A DNA stretch of 64,000 nt from NCBI RefSeq assembly GCF_028368995.1, contig NZ_JAQNDL010000001.1:3520001-3584000 (forward strand). The letters are read 5' to 3'. Shown here one piece after another: positions 42,432 through 51,046 of the stretch. The position numbers were made by a program, and so were the translations under genes. How positions within the stretch are numbered: position 1 is the stretch's first letter; each line of letters opens with the position of its first letter. This DNA comes from Nannocystis bainbridge. Lineage in GTDB: Bacteria > Myxococcota_A > Polyangia > Nannocystales > Nannocystaceae. Below the pieces are notes generated by a model. It was given only the letters and a program-made list of their open reading frames with translations, ran no database searches and had not been told where the DNA came from.

Positions 42432-42734
42432 TCAGCGGGTCGGTCGGTCCTCTTCGGTGATCTCGTCACCGACCTCGACGCGGATCGTCTGGCCCTTCTG
42501 ACCCCGGGCCTGGATCCGCTGCAAGAACATCGCACTGGCGCCGCCCTGGTTGATCCAGCCCTCGTTGGACTCTTCGACGACCTTGTTGAAGACGACGATC
42601 CGCAGGGGCACCGGCGGCGTCACGCGCAGGCCGTTGCGCTGCCAATAAAAGAACGGGCTGTACCACAACGTGTCGATGGTCTCCCAGTCGCCGTCGGTCC
42701 TGAACGTGTGGCTCTTGATATGCATCTCGGCCAT
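42432..42734 (-). CDS. Hypothetical protein (100 aa, Trp/aromatic-rich)
   Basis: ATG preceded by GGGGA, protein-like composition, fills the gap between neighbours. Confidence 0.7.
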   Translation of the reverse strand: MAEMHIKSHTFRTDGDWETIDTLWYSPFFYWQRNGLRVTPPVPLRIVVFNKVVEESNEGWINQGGASAMFLQRIQARGQKGQTIRVEVGDEITEEDRPTR

Positions 42735-42824
42735 AGCGGGGTCCCCGTGGGGGTTTTAAACCTCGCGGCCGCGCCAGGCAAGCGACGCGGTGTCGCAGGC
42801 GACCGCGGCTGCTAAGGTTCGCGC

Positions 42825-43910
42825 GTGACCGGGGTGGACCAGGTCGACGTCGTCGTCGTCGGCGCCGGCGTGGTCGGCTGCGCGGTCGCTGCGACGCTCG
42901 CCCGCCAAGGCCGCGAGGTGCTCGTGCTCGAGCGCGAAGCCCGGGAAGGCACCGGGGTGTCGAGCCGCAACAGCGGCGTCATCCACTCGGGGCTCTACTA
43001 CCCGCCGGCTTCGCTCAAGGCCGAGACATGTCTGCGAGGACAGGAACTTTTGTACAGCTGGTGCGCGCGTCATCGGGTCGACCACGCGCGCCTCGGCAAG
43101 CTGGTGGTCGCCCGCAGCAGCGAAGAAGAGGCCGCGTTGCAGGCGCTGGCGGACAATACGAGCGCGGCCGGGGCGCGGGATTGTGTGCTCGTCGGCGCGG
43201 GCGCGGTGCGGGCGCGTGAACCCGGGTTGCCGGGCGTGCGGGCGGCGCTGTGGTGCCCGAACACGGGGATCGTCGATGTCCACGGGCTGTGCGGCTCGCT
43301 GCGCGCCGAGGCCGAGGCGCACGGGGCGGTGTTCGGCGTGCACGCGCGGGTCGACGGGGCCGAGATCGCCGGCGCCGCGGTGACGCTGCGGACCACGCGC
43401 GGGCCGGTGGTGGCGGGGCGGATCGTCAACGCCGCCGGGCTGCACGCCGACGAGCTGGCGGCGCTGCTCGGGGCCGCGTCGCCGCGGATTCACCCGTGCC
43501 GCGGGGATTACTTCCGCCTGCGCACGCCCGTGCGCTACCGCCACCTGATCTACCCGGTGCGAGCGCGCGGCGCCGCCGGTCTTGGCGTGCACCTCACGCT
43601 CGACCTCGCGGGCGCGTACCGACTCGGACCTGACGTCACGTACGTCGAGGCGCGCGACGACTTCGGCCCCGCGGCCCACAAGCTCGCGGCGTTTCATCGC
43701 GCCGCGTGCGCTCTGCTCGGCCCGATCGGCGAGGACCAGCTGAGCTACGAGGGTTGTGGGATCCGCCCCAAGCTGCGCGGCCCCGACGAACCGGCCGAGC
43801 GCGACTTCGCGGTGTTCACGAGCCCCGGCTGCGTGCACCTGGTCGGCATCGAGTCGCCCGGGCTGACCGCCGCGCTCGCGCTGGCCGAGAAGGTCGCCGC
43901 GCTGGTGTGA
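42825..43910 (+). CDS. FAD-dependent oxidoreductase, L-2-hydroxyglutarate oxidase (LhgO)-like
   Basis: VVVVGAGVVG, SSRNSGVIHSGLYY, GLGVHLT, GIRPKL, GIESPGLTAA. Confidence 0.88.
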   Translation: MTGVDQVDVVVVGAGVVGCAVAATLARQGREVLVLEREAREGTGVSSRNSGVIHSGLYYPPASLKAETCLRGQELLYSWCARHRVDHARLGKLVVARSSEEEAALQALADNTSAAGARDCVLVGAGAVRAREPGLPGVRAALWCPNTGIVDVHGLCGSLRAEAEAHGAVFGVHARVDGAEIAGAAVTLRTTRGPVVAGRIVNAAGLHADELAALLGAASPRIHPCRGDYFRLRTPVRYRHLIYPVRARGAAGLGVHLTLDLAGAYRLGPDVTYVEARDDFGPAAHKLAAFHRAACALLGPIGEDQLSYEGCGIRPKLRGPDEPAERDFAVFTSPGCVHLVGIESPGLTAALALAEKVAALV

Positions 43911-43922
43911 GCGACGCCCGTC

Positions 43923-44711
43923 TCAGGGCTTCTCGATGCGGCAGAGGATCGCGGTGATGTTGTCGCCGCCGCCGGCGTCGTTGGCGGCCTTGATCAGCTC
44001 GTTGCAGCTGGTATCGAGGCTGTCGCGGGCGGTGATGATCTCGAGCAGGACTGGGTCGTCGAGCATGCCGCTGAGGCCGTCGCTGCACAGCAGGTACACG
44101 TCGCCGACCTTGAAGGCGTCGGCGATGACGTCGACGTTGACCTGGTCGGCGAGGCCGAGGGCGCGGACCACCACGTTCTTCTGGGGGAAGTGGACCCCTT
44201 CGTCGCCGCTCAATTCCTTCATGCGCAGGTAGTCATTGAGCAGCGAGTGGTCCTCGGTGAGCATCTGGATCCGCCCCTCGCGGATCCGGTAGACCCGGCT
44301 GTCGCCGACGTGGCCGATGAAGAACCGGCCCTGGTTGAAGTAGATGGCGTCGACGGTGCAGCCCATGCCCTTCTTGCTGCCGTCGACGGCGGCCGTCTGG
44401 AAGATGTTGGAGTTGGCGAGCTGGATGGCGACGCTCATGCGCTGCTTCTCGATCTCGAGCGAGGGCAGCTTGAACGGCCAGGTGTTCTGGCCGCTGCGGG
44501 CGGTGTCGCGGTAGTGCTGGTCGATGGTCTCGACGGTGATCCGGCTGGCGACGTCGCCGGCGGCGTGGCCACCCATGCCGTCGGACACGACGGCGAGGGC
44601 CATCTCGCGCGGGATCAGCAGGCTGTCTTCGTTGTGGGCGCGGACCAGGCCGATGTCGGTCTTGCCGGCGAAGCGGACCCGGTGCGGGCCGACCATGAAG
44701 CTGATGCTCAT
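43923..44711 (-). CDS. PP2C/Stp1-family Ser/Thr protein phosphatase
   Basis: TDIGLVRAHNED, VSDGMGGHAAG, GHVGDSRVY, LLCSDGL, GGGDNIT. Confidence 0.95.
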   Translation of the reverse strand: MSISFMVGPHRVRFAGKTDIGLVRAHNEDSLLIPREMALAVVSDGMGGHAAGDVASRITVETIDQHYRDTARSGQNTWPFKLPSLEIEKQRMSVAIQLANSNIFQTAAVDGSKKGMGCTVDAIYFNQGRFFIGHVGDSRVYRIREGRIQMLTEDHSLLNDYLRMKELSGDEGVHFPQKNVVVRALGLADQVNVDVIADAFKVGDVYLLCSDGLSGMLDDPVLLEIITARDSLDTSCNELIKAANDAGGGDNITAILCRIEKP

Positions 44712-44761
44712 GCGAGGCCAAACGTAGCAGGCCGGCGCGCCGAAGTGCTAGCATCGAAGCC

Positions 44762-46405
44762 ATGGAGACGGCCCCGCCGAGCGCCGACCCGCAGGTCGTC
44801 GACCTGGCCAGGATGAGCCTGCCCCGGCTCATGTTCGCGCTGCTGCACCGCCGCTTCACCGGCACGATCAGCCTCACGCCGGCGGCCCCGGACGCGCCCG
44901 GCCGCAGCGCCGACGTCGGCGCGCGTCGGGTGTGGTTTCAGGGCGGGATGCCGATCTTCACCGACTTTTCCAGCCCGCACGACTCGATCGGCCAGGTGCT
45001 CGTCGATCTCGGGCTCATCGAGCCGGCCGAGCGGGACCGCGCGATGGCCGAACTGGCCCGCCTGGCCCAGCCAGGGGCCCCGCGCGAGCGTTTCGGCCAT
45101 TACCTCGTGCGCCGCCGCCTCGTCACCGGCGGCCAGCTCCGCAAGGCGCTGCGCGTCCAGTGCGCCCGCAAGGTGGTCCACCTGTTCGCCCTGCGCGCCG
45201 GCTCGGCCCAGATCGTCGCCGGCGACGCCGCCGCCGCCGAGACCGACGCCTCGCAGCCGACCCAGGTCAACACCCTCGAGCTCATCCACGCCGGCGTGGT
45301 CGCCCACTTCGACCCACGCCGGATCGCCGCCGAGATGGGCCTCCTGCTCGACGGCCCGCTGCGCCTGCGCTCGTCGTTCGACCGCTACCGGACCCAGTTC
45401 CACTTCGCCAAGGGCGACGAGGCGATCGTCGACGCCCTGCGCCCCGGCAACCTCTACGTCACCGACGTCGCCCGCCTGTCCGGTCAGCCCGAGGCCCGCG
45501 TCGCCGCGGTGGTCTACACGCTGTGGGCCTGTCAGATGTTGAAGTCGGCCAACGCACCGCCCGACCAGGCGACCGGGCCGAACGCCATCCTGCCCGAAGC
45601 GACAGGTTCTTCGATACCTGTCCTCAAGAACAGCAAGCCGGCGGGGCGCGACAGCCTGCGCGCGGCCGAGTTCGCCGGCGAGCTCGAGCGGCTCGAAGCG
45701 GCGATCGCCGGCGGGGCCAACGCGTTCGACCTGCTCGGCCTGGCGGCCACCGCCGACCGGGCCCAGGTCCGCGCCGCCTGGCATGTGCTGAGCCGGCGCT
45801 TTCACCCCGACAGCCTGCCGCACCAGGGCCTCGGCCACCTGCGCGAGCGCTCGCAGGCGGTGTTCGCCGCGCTCAGCGAGGCCTACCAGCGGCTTTCCGA
45901 CGACGCCCAGCGCGAGCAGATCGCGGCGCTGCTGCGCGGCGGGCAGCCGGCCCCGCGCGCGACCGCGGGCCCGAGCGCGCAGGCGGTGCTCGAGAGCGAG
46001 GTGGTGGTCCGCGAGGGCGACAAGCTGCTGCGCGCCGGCAACTTCGACCGCGCGCTCGAGCGCTACCGCAAGGCCGCGGCCCTCAACCCCGACGAGCTCG
46101 AGGTCCGCGCCGCGATCGCGTGGTGCGAGTACCAGCTGGCCGCCGACAAGGCGCCGGTCCGCGACGCCACCCGCGCGGCCCTGTTCGAGGTCCTGGCCCG
46201 CCAGCCGCGCTGCGTCCGCGCCCACTACGACCTGGGCCTGCTGTCCCTCGGGTCCGGTGACGACGAACAGGCGCTGCTGCATTTTAATCAGGTGCTCGAG
46301 CTGGAGCCCGACAGCATCGACGCGAAGCGGCAGATCCACGCGATCCAGCTGCGCCGCTCGACGCCCGAGGGCCCGCGCCGCAAGCTGTTCGGCCCGCGCC
46401 GGTGA
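44762..46405 (+). CDS. DUF4388-like + J-domain + TPR protein
   Basis: N-terminal LHRRFTGTI...VWFQGG...IGQVLVDLGLI, J-domain LSRRFHPD and C-terminal TPRs. Common myxobacterial architecture. Confidence 0.8.
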   Translation: METAPPSADPQVVDLARMSLPRLMFALLHRRFTGTISLTPAAPDAPGRSADVGARRVWFQGGMPIFTDFSSPHDSIGQVLVDLGLIEPAERDRAMAELARLAQPGAPRERFGHYLVRRRLVTGGQLRKALRVQCARKVVHLFALRAGSAQIVAGDAAAAETDASQPTQVNTLELIHAGVVAHFDPRRIAAEMGLLLDGPLRLRSSFDRYRTQFHFAKGDEAIVDALRPGNLYVTDVARLSGQPEARVAAVVYTLWACQMLKSANAPPDQATGPNAILPEATGSSIPVLKNSKPAGRDSLRAAEFAGELERLEAAIAGGANAFDLLGLAATADRAQVRAAWHVLSRRFHPDSLPHQGLGHLRERSQAVFAALSEAYQRLSDDAQREQIAALLRGGQPAPRATAGPSAQAVLESEVVVREGDKLLRAGNFDRALERYRKAAALNPDELEVRAAIAWCEYQLAADKAPVRDATRAALFEVLARQPRCVRAHYDLGLLSLGSGDDEQALLHFNQVLELEPDSIDAKRQIHAIQLRRSTPEGPRRKLFGPRR

Positions 46406-46410
46406 GGCGG

Positions 46411-47154
46411 TCAGTAGGGGCGACTCGCAGCGTCTGCCAAGCCACGACGAACGACTTCAGAGCTGCGGAGTCGGGCCATCGTGGCGAAGTAGGACTTACG
46501 TGCTTGGACGAGCGCCGCGACCGGAAAGCCATTCTTAAGCTGCACGAGTTCGAGGTTGCGAGTGCCGCCGATCTTGAGCTCATCCTTGATGTCTGCGATC
46601 TCGTCGAGGCACCCCGCCGTGGTCTGCCACCTCACCAGCGTCACGTTGTCTGTCAGTTCGGTGACGATCTTGCCGAGATGTCCGAAGTTGGTGAACGCCC
46701 AACTCTCCAGCTCATAGAACGGCATGGCGAGGATCAAGACCCGCTCCAGCTCGGTCAGATCGCCAGGGCCAGTCGCCGACTTGCTTGCCTGGAGGAGTCG
46801 CAAGACGTCCGCGCAGAACCGAGGCCAGTGCTCGCTAAGATGTTCGCAACCGCGCCAGCCGCCCGACCATACCGCGTCTGCATCGACGTGGAAAAACACG
46901 ATTTTCCCGAGCGCAAGAGCTCGCGCCACAGCGCCGACGAGGAGTCGCCGCAGTCTCTGAGCATCGTATGACTTCCAATAGCTGCCCGAGACGCGTTCCT
47001 GCGCGGGCAAGACAGGCTCGACCAACACGTGGTTCGACTTCAACGCCGGCTCCATATGCTTGAGCATGCCCCGGAGCAGATGCTCCAGAGTCTGCAACGC
47101 ATCACCCGCGCGGTCCTCGGAGTAGAGCACGAAGCGGATCGCCGGCTCGCTCAC
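46411..47154 (-). CDS. TOPRIM-like (DUF4276/OLD-type) putative nuclease, partner of the upstream ATPase
   Basis: FVLYSED, FFHVDAD (DxD) and YELESW motifs. GTG start overlaps the ATPase stop (GTGA). Atypical codon usage. Confidence 0.6.
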   Translation of the reverse strand: MSEPAIRFVLYSEDRAGDALQTLEHLLRGMLKHMEPALKSNHVLVEPVLPAQERVSGSYWKSYDAQRLRRLLVGAVARALALGKIVFFHVDADAVWSGGWRGCEHLSEHWPRFCADVLRLLQASKSATGPGDLTELERVLILAMPFYELESWAFTNFGHLGKIVTELTDNVTLVRWQTTAGCLDEIADIKDELKIGGTRNLELVQLKNGFPVAALVQARKSYFATMARLRSSEVVRRGLADAASRPY

Positions 47155-48443
47155 CACAGCCCCTCCGCCTCGAGCACATCACTGGGACTCTGGAGGCCGA
47201 CCTCGATGTTTTTGTAGAGCTCGCGCGCCATCGCCTCGTCGAAGGTGTTGACGACCTGTCGGCCGTCTCCTCGGCGACGGATGATGTGGATCTTCTCGCT
47301 AATATCCTGGGGGCTCCAGAAGTTCGTCGAGTCGATGACGAGATGGTTGTGGCTCGCCAGGAACAGCTGTCGAGCGTCCCATAACTCGAGGAGGTTCCTC
47401 ACCAACCTTGGATGCATCCCGTTGTCGATCTCGTCGCAGACGATGGGGATTCCTGGACGGGGTAGCGAGACAAGGCCGGCGTACAGGTAGCGCCTCTGTC
47501 CGAACGTCAGCCCTGAGTGTGCCACTCGCGTCCCGGCGCCCAGGTCAACACGAAGTCCGAGGCCCCTGCACTCGAACTCTGGCTCTCCATCTCGCACGGC
47601 TTCACGAACGACTTGCGGGTGAAGAGTGATTTTTCGGATCCGAAGAGGCGCCTGCCACTTGTCGAGAAGCTCAACGGGTATCGCTAGATCGACCCCATTT
47701 AGCCAACGGTTCTCGCGGGATGACCATGCCCGAACGAGCAGTCGCACGACGTCATGCCACCACATCCGGCCGGTACCGTCGCCGAATCCGGTGAACGTGG
47801 CCAGGTGCTTGGGATCGAAGTAACGACCGAAGCTGAATTCGAGGGAGTTGGTGAGCACTTCGAATTCGCGGTCGGACTCGCCAACGAAGCACGCCTCACA
47901 CACCGGGAGGAGCGACCCCGTCATCTGCTTCAGGCTGGGACCTTGGGCGGTCACCAATTTCCGGGGCTTGAGTTCGCCGCGATCGCGATATGCGTACTCT
48001 TCGACAAAGCTGCCGTCGTCCGCCTGGTAACGTATGGTGTCCCCTGCGAGCACGAGCGAGAACCCTCCCCCGTCGCTCTCGAAATGGACCGTCGCTCCAA
48101 GCGTGTCACTCTCTTCTGCAGCCTTATCCAGCTTCTTGAGTAAGTCTTCCGAATTCTGAAAGCGCGGCAGATGGATCGCGTTGAAGACGTGGCCTCGGAC
48201 GACGATCGCCGCCGCATCCTCCCCTACTCCATGGGTAGAGAGCTCGAACTCGACATCGAAGGGTTGACGCAAAAACTCACCGAAATCCAGATGGAGGACC
48301 GCCCGGATCAATTTCAGAAGCTGCGTCTTCCCGGCCCCGTTGAGCCCGAGGATCAAATTTTCGCTTCGAGAGAAATCGATGCGGGCTGGCTCGAACTGCT
48401 CGTACTGGTGGATCTGCAGCCAGCGGAGGGTCGGTGTGCTCAT
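47151..48443 (-). CDS. ABC-superfamily (AAA_15/AAA_21-like) ATPase
   Basis: Walker A GLNGAGKT, signature LTFGQRR, Walker B/D-loop IVCDEIDNGMHP, H-loop LASHN. No TM partner. Visibly lower GC. Confidence 0.88.
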   Translation of the reverse strand: MSTPTLRWLQIHQYEQFEPARIDFSRSENLILGLNGAGKTQLLKLIRAVLHLDFGEFLRQPFDVEFELSTHGVGEDAAAIVVRGHVFNAIHLPRFQNSEDLLKKLDKAAEESDTLGATVHFESDGGGFSLVLAGDTIRYQADDGSFVEEYAYRDRGELKPRKLVTAQGPSLKQMTGSLLPVCEACFVGESDREFEVLTNSLEFSFGRYFDPKHLATFTGFGDGTGRMWWHDVVRLLVRAWSSRENRWLNGVDLAIPVELLDKWQAPLRIRKITLHPQVVREAVRDGEPEFECRGLGLRVDLGAGTRVAHSGLTFGQRRYLYAGLVSLPRPGIPIVCDEIDNGMHPRLVRNLLELWDARQLFLASHNHLVIDSTNFWSPQDISEKIHIIRRRGDGRQVVNTFDEAMARELYKNIEVGLQSPSDVLEAEGLW

Positions 48444-48453
48444 GGTGGTCCCT

Positions 48454-49428
48454 TCACAGCCCGTAGCGGCAGTTCTTCACGCAGGTCTGGTTGTGCCGGT
48501 CGGCCGCCGCCCCGAGCTCCGCCGGCTTGAAGTCGTCCTTGAGCACCTCGACCGCGTCTTCCCAGTCGCGGCGCACGTAGTAGCGGGCGGCGAGGCCGAG
48601 CATGTCGGCGTCGAACTGCGGCTGGACCGCGCGGGCGTTGCTGCGGATCTGGTAGGTGCCGACGCGCTCGCGGCCGGCCGAGGCGACCAGCGTGGTCTGG
48701 TTGCCGGTCTCGCTGACGAAGCTGTAGCGCTGGGGGAACACGGCCGAGGTGGTCTCGCGGTCGTGCGGGTACATGCGGGTGACGTTGTGGAGGTTGGCGA
48801 CCACCACCCCGTCGGGCGCCAGGCGGGCCAGGCAGGCCCGGTAGAACTCCTCGGTCTTGAGGTGGTAGGGCACGAACACCCCGCGGAACGCGTCGAGCAT
48901 GATCATGTCCCAGCGCACATCCGCGGCCGCGCGCTCGACGAACAGCCGCGCGTCGGCGACGTGGACCCGATAGGACGGGTCGTCCTTCGGCACGGCGAAG
49001 AACTCCTGGGCCAGGCGCACCACCTCCGGGTCGATGTCGACCGCGTCGATCTCGAGCTCGGGGAAGCGGGCCTTCAAGTAGTTGCTCATGCCGCCGCCGC
49101 CGAGGCCGAGCATCAGCAGCCGGCGCGGGCGCGGCTGCAGCAGGAAGCCGGCCATCATCGTCCGCGTGTAGTCGAGATCGAGGCTCTGCGGGCGCGAGCG
49201 GTCGTGGCGCGACTCGATGAACTGGGTGCCGTCGTCGCCGACGAAGTACATGGTGCGGACGCTGCCGCTCTCGGCCACGCGGATCCGGTTGTAGCGGGAG
49301 ACGGCCTCGGCGAGCACCGTCTCGGCCGCCGCGGCCGGGCGCGCCAGCGTGGCTGCCCCGAAGGCCAGGCTGCCGCCGCCGAGGAGCAAGAGGCCGCGGC
49401 GCGAGAGCGAGGGCGAGGCGTCGGTCAC
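48454..49428 (-). CDS. Spermidine-synthase-like SAM methyltransferase with predicted Tat signal
   Basis: SRRGLLLLGG...AAAA signal, SRYNRIRV, LMLGLGGG, AVDIDPEV, ADARLF, DMIMLDAF. Confidence 0.85.
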   Translation of the reverse strand: MTDASPSLSRRGLLLLGGGSLAFGAATLARPAAAAETVLAEAVSRYNRIRVAESGSVRTMYFVGDDGTQFIESRHDRSRPQSLDLDYTRTMMAGFLLQPRPRRLLMLGLGGGGMSNYLKARFPELEIDAVDIDPEVVRLAQEFFAVPKDDPSYRVHVADARLFVERAAADVRWDMIMLDAFRGVFVPYHLKTEEFYRACLARLAPDGVVVANLHNVTRMYPHDRETTSAVFPQRYSFVSETGNQTTLVASAGRERVGTYQIRSNARAVQPQFDADMLGLAARYYVRRDWEDAVEVLKDDFKPAELGAAADRHNQTCVKNCRYGL

Positions 49429-49471
49429 GGCCAGACCATAGCCCGAGCGCCGGCCCGGCGGTAGGCGGCGC

Positions 49472-50467
49472 CTAGCGGTAGGTGCAGCCGCGCAGGCACG
49501 AGCCGTTGTTGCGCTCGGCGGCGGCGGCCAGGCTGTCGGCGGGGAAGTCGTCGCGCAGCACCTGGGCGCGCTCCCAGTCGCGGCGGACGTAGTAGCGGGC
49601 GCACAGGCCGAGCAGGTCGACGTCGTCGAAGCGCGGCTGGGCCCGGCGGGCGTTGGCGCGGAGCTCGTAGGGGCCGACGCGGGTCCTGGCGGCGCTGGCG
49701 ACCAGAGTGGTTTGATTGCCGGCCTCGCTGAGGAAGCCGTAGCAGCTCGGGTAGACCGCGGCGATCGTCTCGCGGTCGTGCGGGTACATGCGCGTGCCGT
49801 TGTGGAGGTTGGCGACCGCGACCCCGCCGGCGGCGAGGCGCCCCAGGACCTCGCCGTGGAACTCGGCGGTCTTGAGGTGGGGCGGCACCTGGACCCCGCG
49901 GAACGCGTCGAGCACGATCATGTCCCAGCGCTCGGCCGCCGGCGCGCGCTGCAGGAACAGCCGCGCGTCGGCGACGTGGACGCGGTAGCGGGGATCTGCC
50001 GTGGGCACGCCGAAGAACGCCTGGGCCAGGCGCACCACCTCGGGGTCGATGTCGACGGCGTCGAGCTCGAGCCCGGGCATGCGCTCGTAGAAGTAACCGG
50101 GCAGCGCGCCGCCGCCGAGGCCGAGCACGAGGATCCGCCGCGGCTCGGGATGGACGACGAAGCCGGCCAGCATGGTGCGGAAGACGTCGAGGTCGAGGCT
50201 GCGTCGGTGCGCCGCGTCGATGCGGGTCTCGATGAACTGCGTGCCGTCGTCGCCGATGAACAGCATCGTCCGCACCGAGCCGCGCTCGACCACGCGCACG
50301 TGGTTGTAGCGCGAGCGGCCCTCGCCGAGCACGCGCTCCGCGTCGCCTGTCCCCGAGGACATGTGATTGCCCGGCCCGGCGGCTGCGGCCGCGCGAGACC
50401 CGAGGACGCTGCCGAGCCCGGTGACCGCCGCCCCGCCGAGCTGCTGGAGAAAGCCCCGCCGCTGCAC
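49472..50467 (-). CDS. Spermidine-synthase-like SAM methyltransferase with predicted Tat signal (paralog)
   Basis: GTG start at 50467, QRRGFLQQLGG signal, SRYNHVRV, LVLGLGGG, AVDIDPEV, DMIVLDAF. Confidence 0.85.
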   Translation of the reverse strand: MQRRGFLQQLGGAAVTGLGSVLGSRAAAAAGPGNHMSSGTGDAERVLGEGRSRYNHVRVVERGSVRTMLFIGDDGTQFIETRIDAAHRRSLDLDVFRTMLAGFVVHPEPRRILVLGLGGGALPGYFYERMPGLELDAVDIDPEVVRLAQAFFGVPTADPRYRVHVADARLFLQRAPAAERWDMIVLDAFRGVQVPPHLKTAEFHGEVLGRLAAGGVAVANLHNGTRMYPHDRETIAAVYPSCYGFLSEAGNQTTLVASAARTRVGPYELRANARRAQPRFDDVDLLGLCARYYVRRDWERAQVLRDDFPADSLAAAAERNNGSCLRGCTYR

Positions 50468-50546
50468 CGCGCGACTGTAGCCCACCGCCCCGGTCGTCGC
50501 GCCGCAAACTTGGCCGCGCGCGCAGACCATGGCATAGGCCGCGGTC

Positions 50547-50996
50547 GTGAGACCCGCTGCCCTGATCGGCTTCGCCGTTGCCGCCCTTCTGCTCGGCGCG
50601 ATCGTCGTCGGTTACTTCGTCGCAATCCCGACGCTGTCGGCCTCGCCGCTGCTCGACGCCAACCTCGCGCGCGCCCTCGCGGCCCCCCTCGGCCAGCGCC
50701 TCGCCGAGCTCGTGGTCGCCGCCAGCGTCGTGCTCGCGCTCGCCACCCCGCGGTGGATCGCCTCCCGGGCCGGCACCACCATCGCCCTCGTCCTCACCGC
50801 CGCCGCCCTCGCCCACCGCCTGCTGCTCGTGCCGCACCTCGACCGCCTGTGGGCCCGCGTCGACGTCGTGGCCGCTCGCCCGGTCGACGTCCTCGCCGAG
50901 GCCCAGCGCTGGAGCGACCATCAGCAGTGGCTGCTGCTGGCGATGTGTGTGCTCGTCCTCGCGCTGTTCGGCCTGGCCTCGCGCCGGGCCGTCTGA
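50547..50996 (+). CDS. Small 4-TM membrane protein (DUF4149-like)
   Basis: Four hydrophobic segments with the pattern FVAIPTL...LAAPLG...LLVPHL...WSDH. Confidence 0.65.
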   Translation: MRPAALIGFAVAALLLGAIVVGYFVAIPTLSASPLLDANLARALAAPLGQRLAELVVAASVVLALATPRWIASRAGTTIALVLTAAALAHRLLLVPHLDRLWARVDVVAARPVDVLAEAQRWSDHQQWLLLAMCVLVLALFGLASRRAV

Positions 50997-51007
50997 CACC
51001 TTCTGCC

Positions 51008-51023
51008 TGGCCCCGATCTTGCT
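51008..51023 (+). promoter_or_regulatory. Possible sigma-54 (-24/-12) promoter
   Basis: TGGCCCCGATCTTGCT has GG-N10-GC spacing and lies 24 bp upstream of ATG 51047. Confidence 0.4.
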
Positions 51024-51046
51024 ACGGCGAGGTGGCCCCCGCCGAC

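Noticed and set aside
46411-48443. ATPase cassette as an IS/transposon or transporter
   Set aside because: No transposase/integrase, terminal inverted repeats or target duplication seen, and no permease gene.
49712-51046. N-terminal extension of the beta-barrel ORF (813 aa)
   Set aside because: It overlaps two better-supported genes. The signal peptide begins at ATG 51047.
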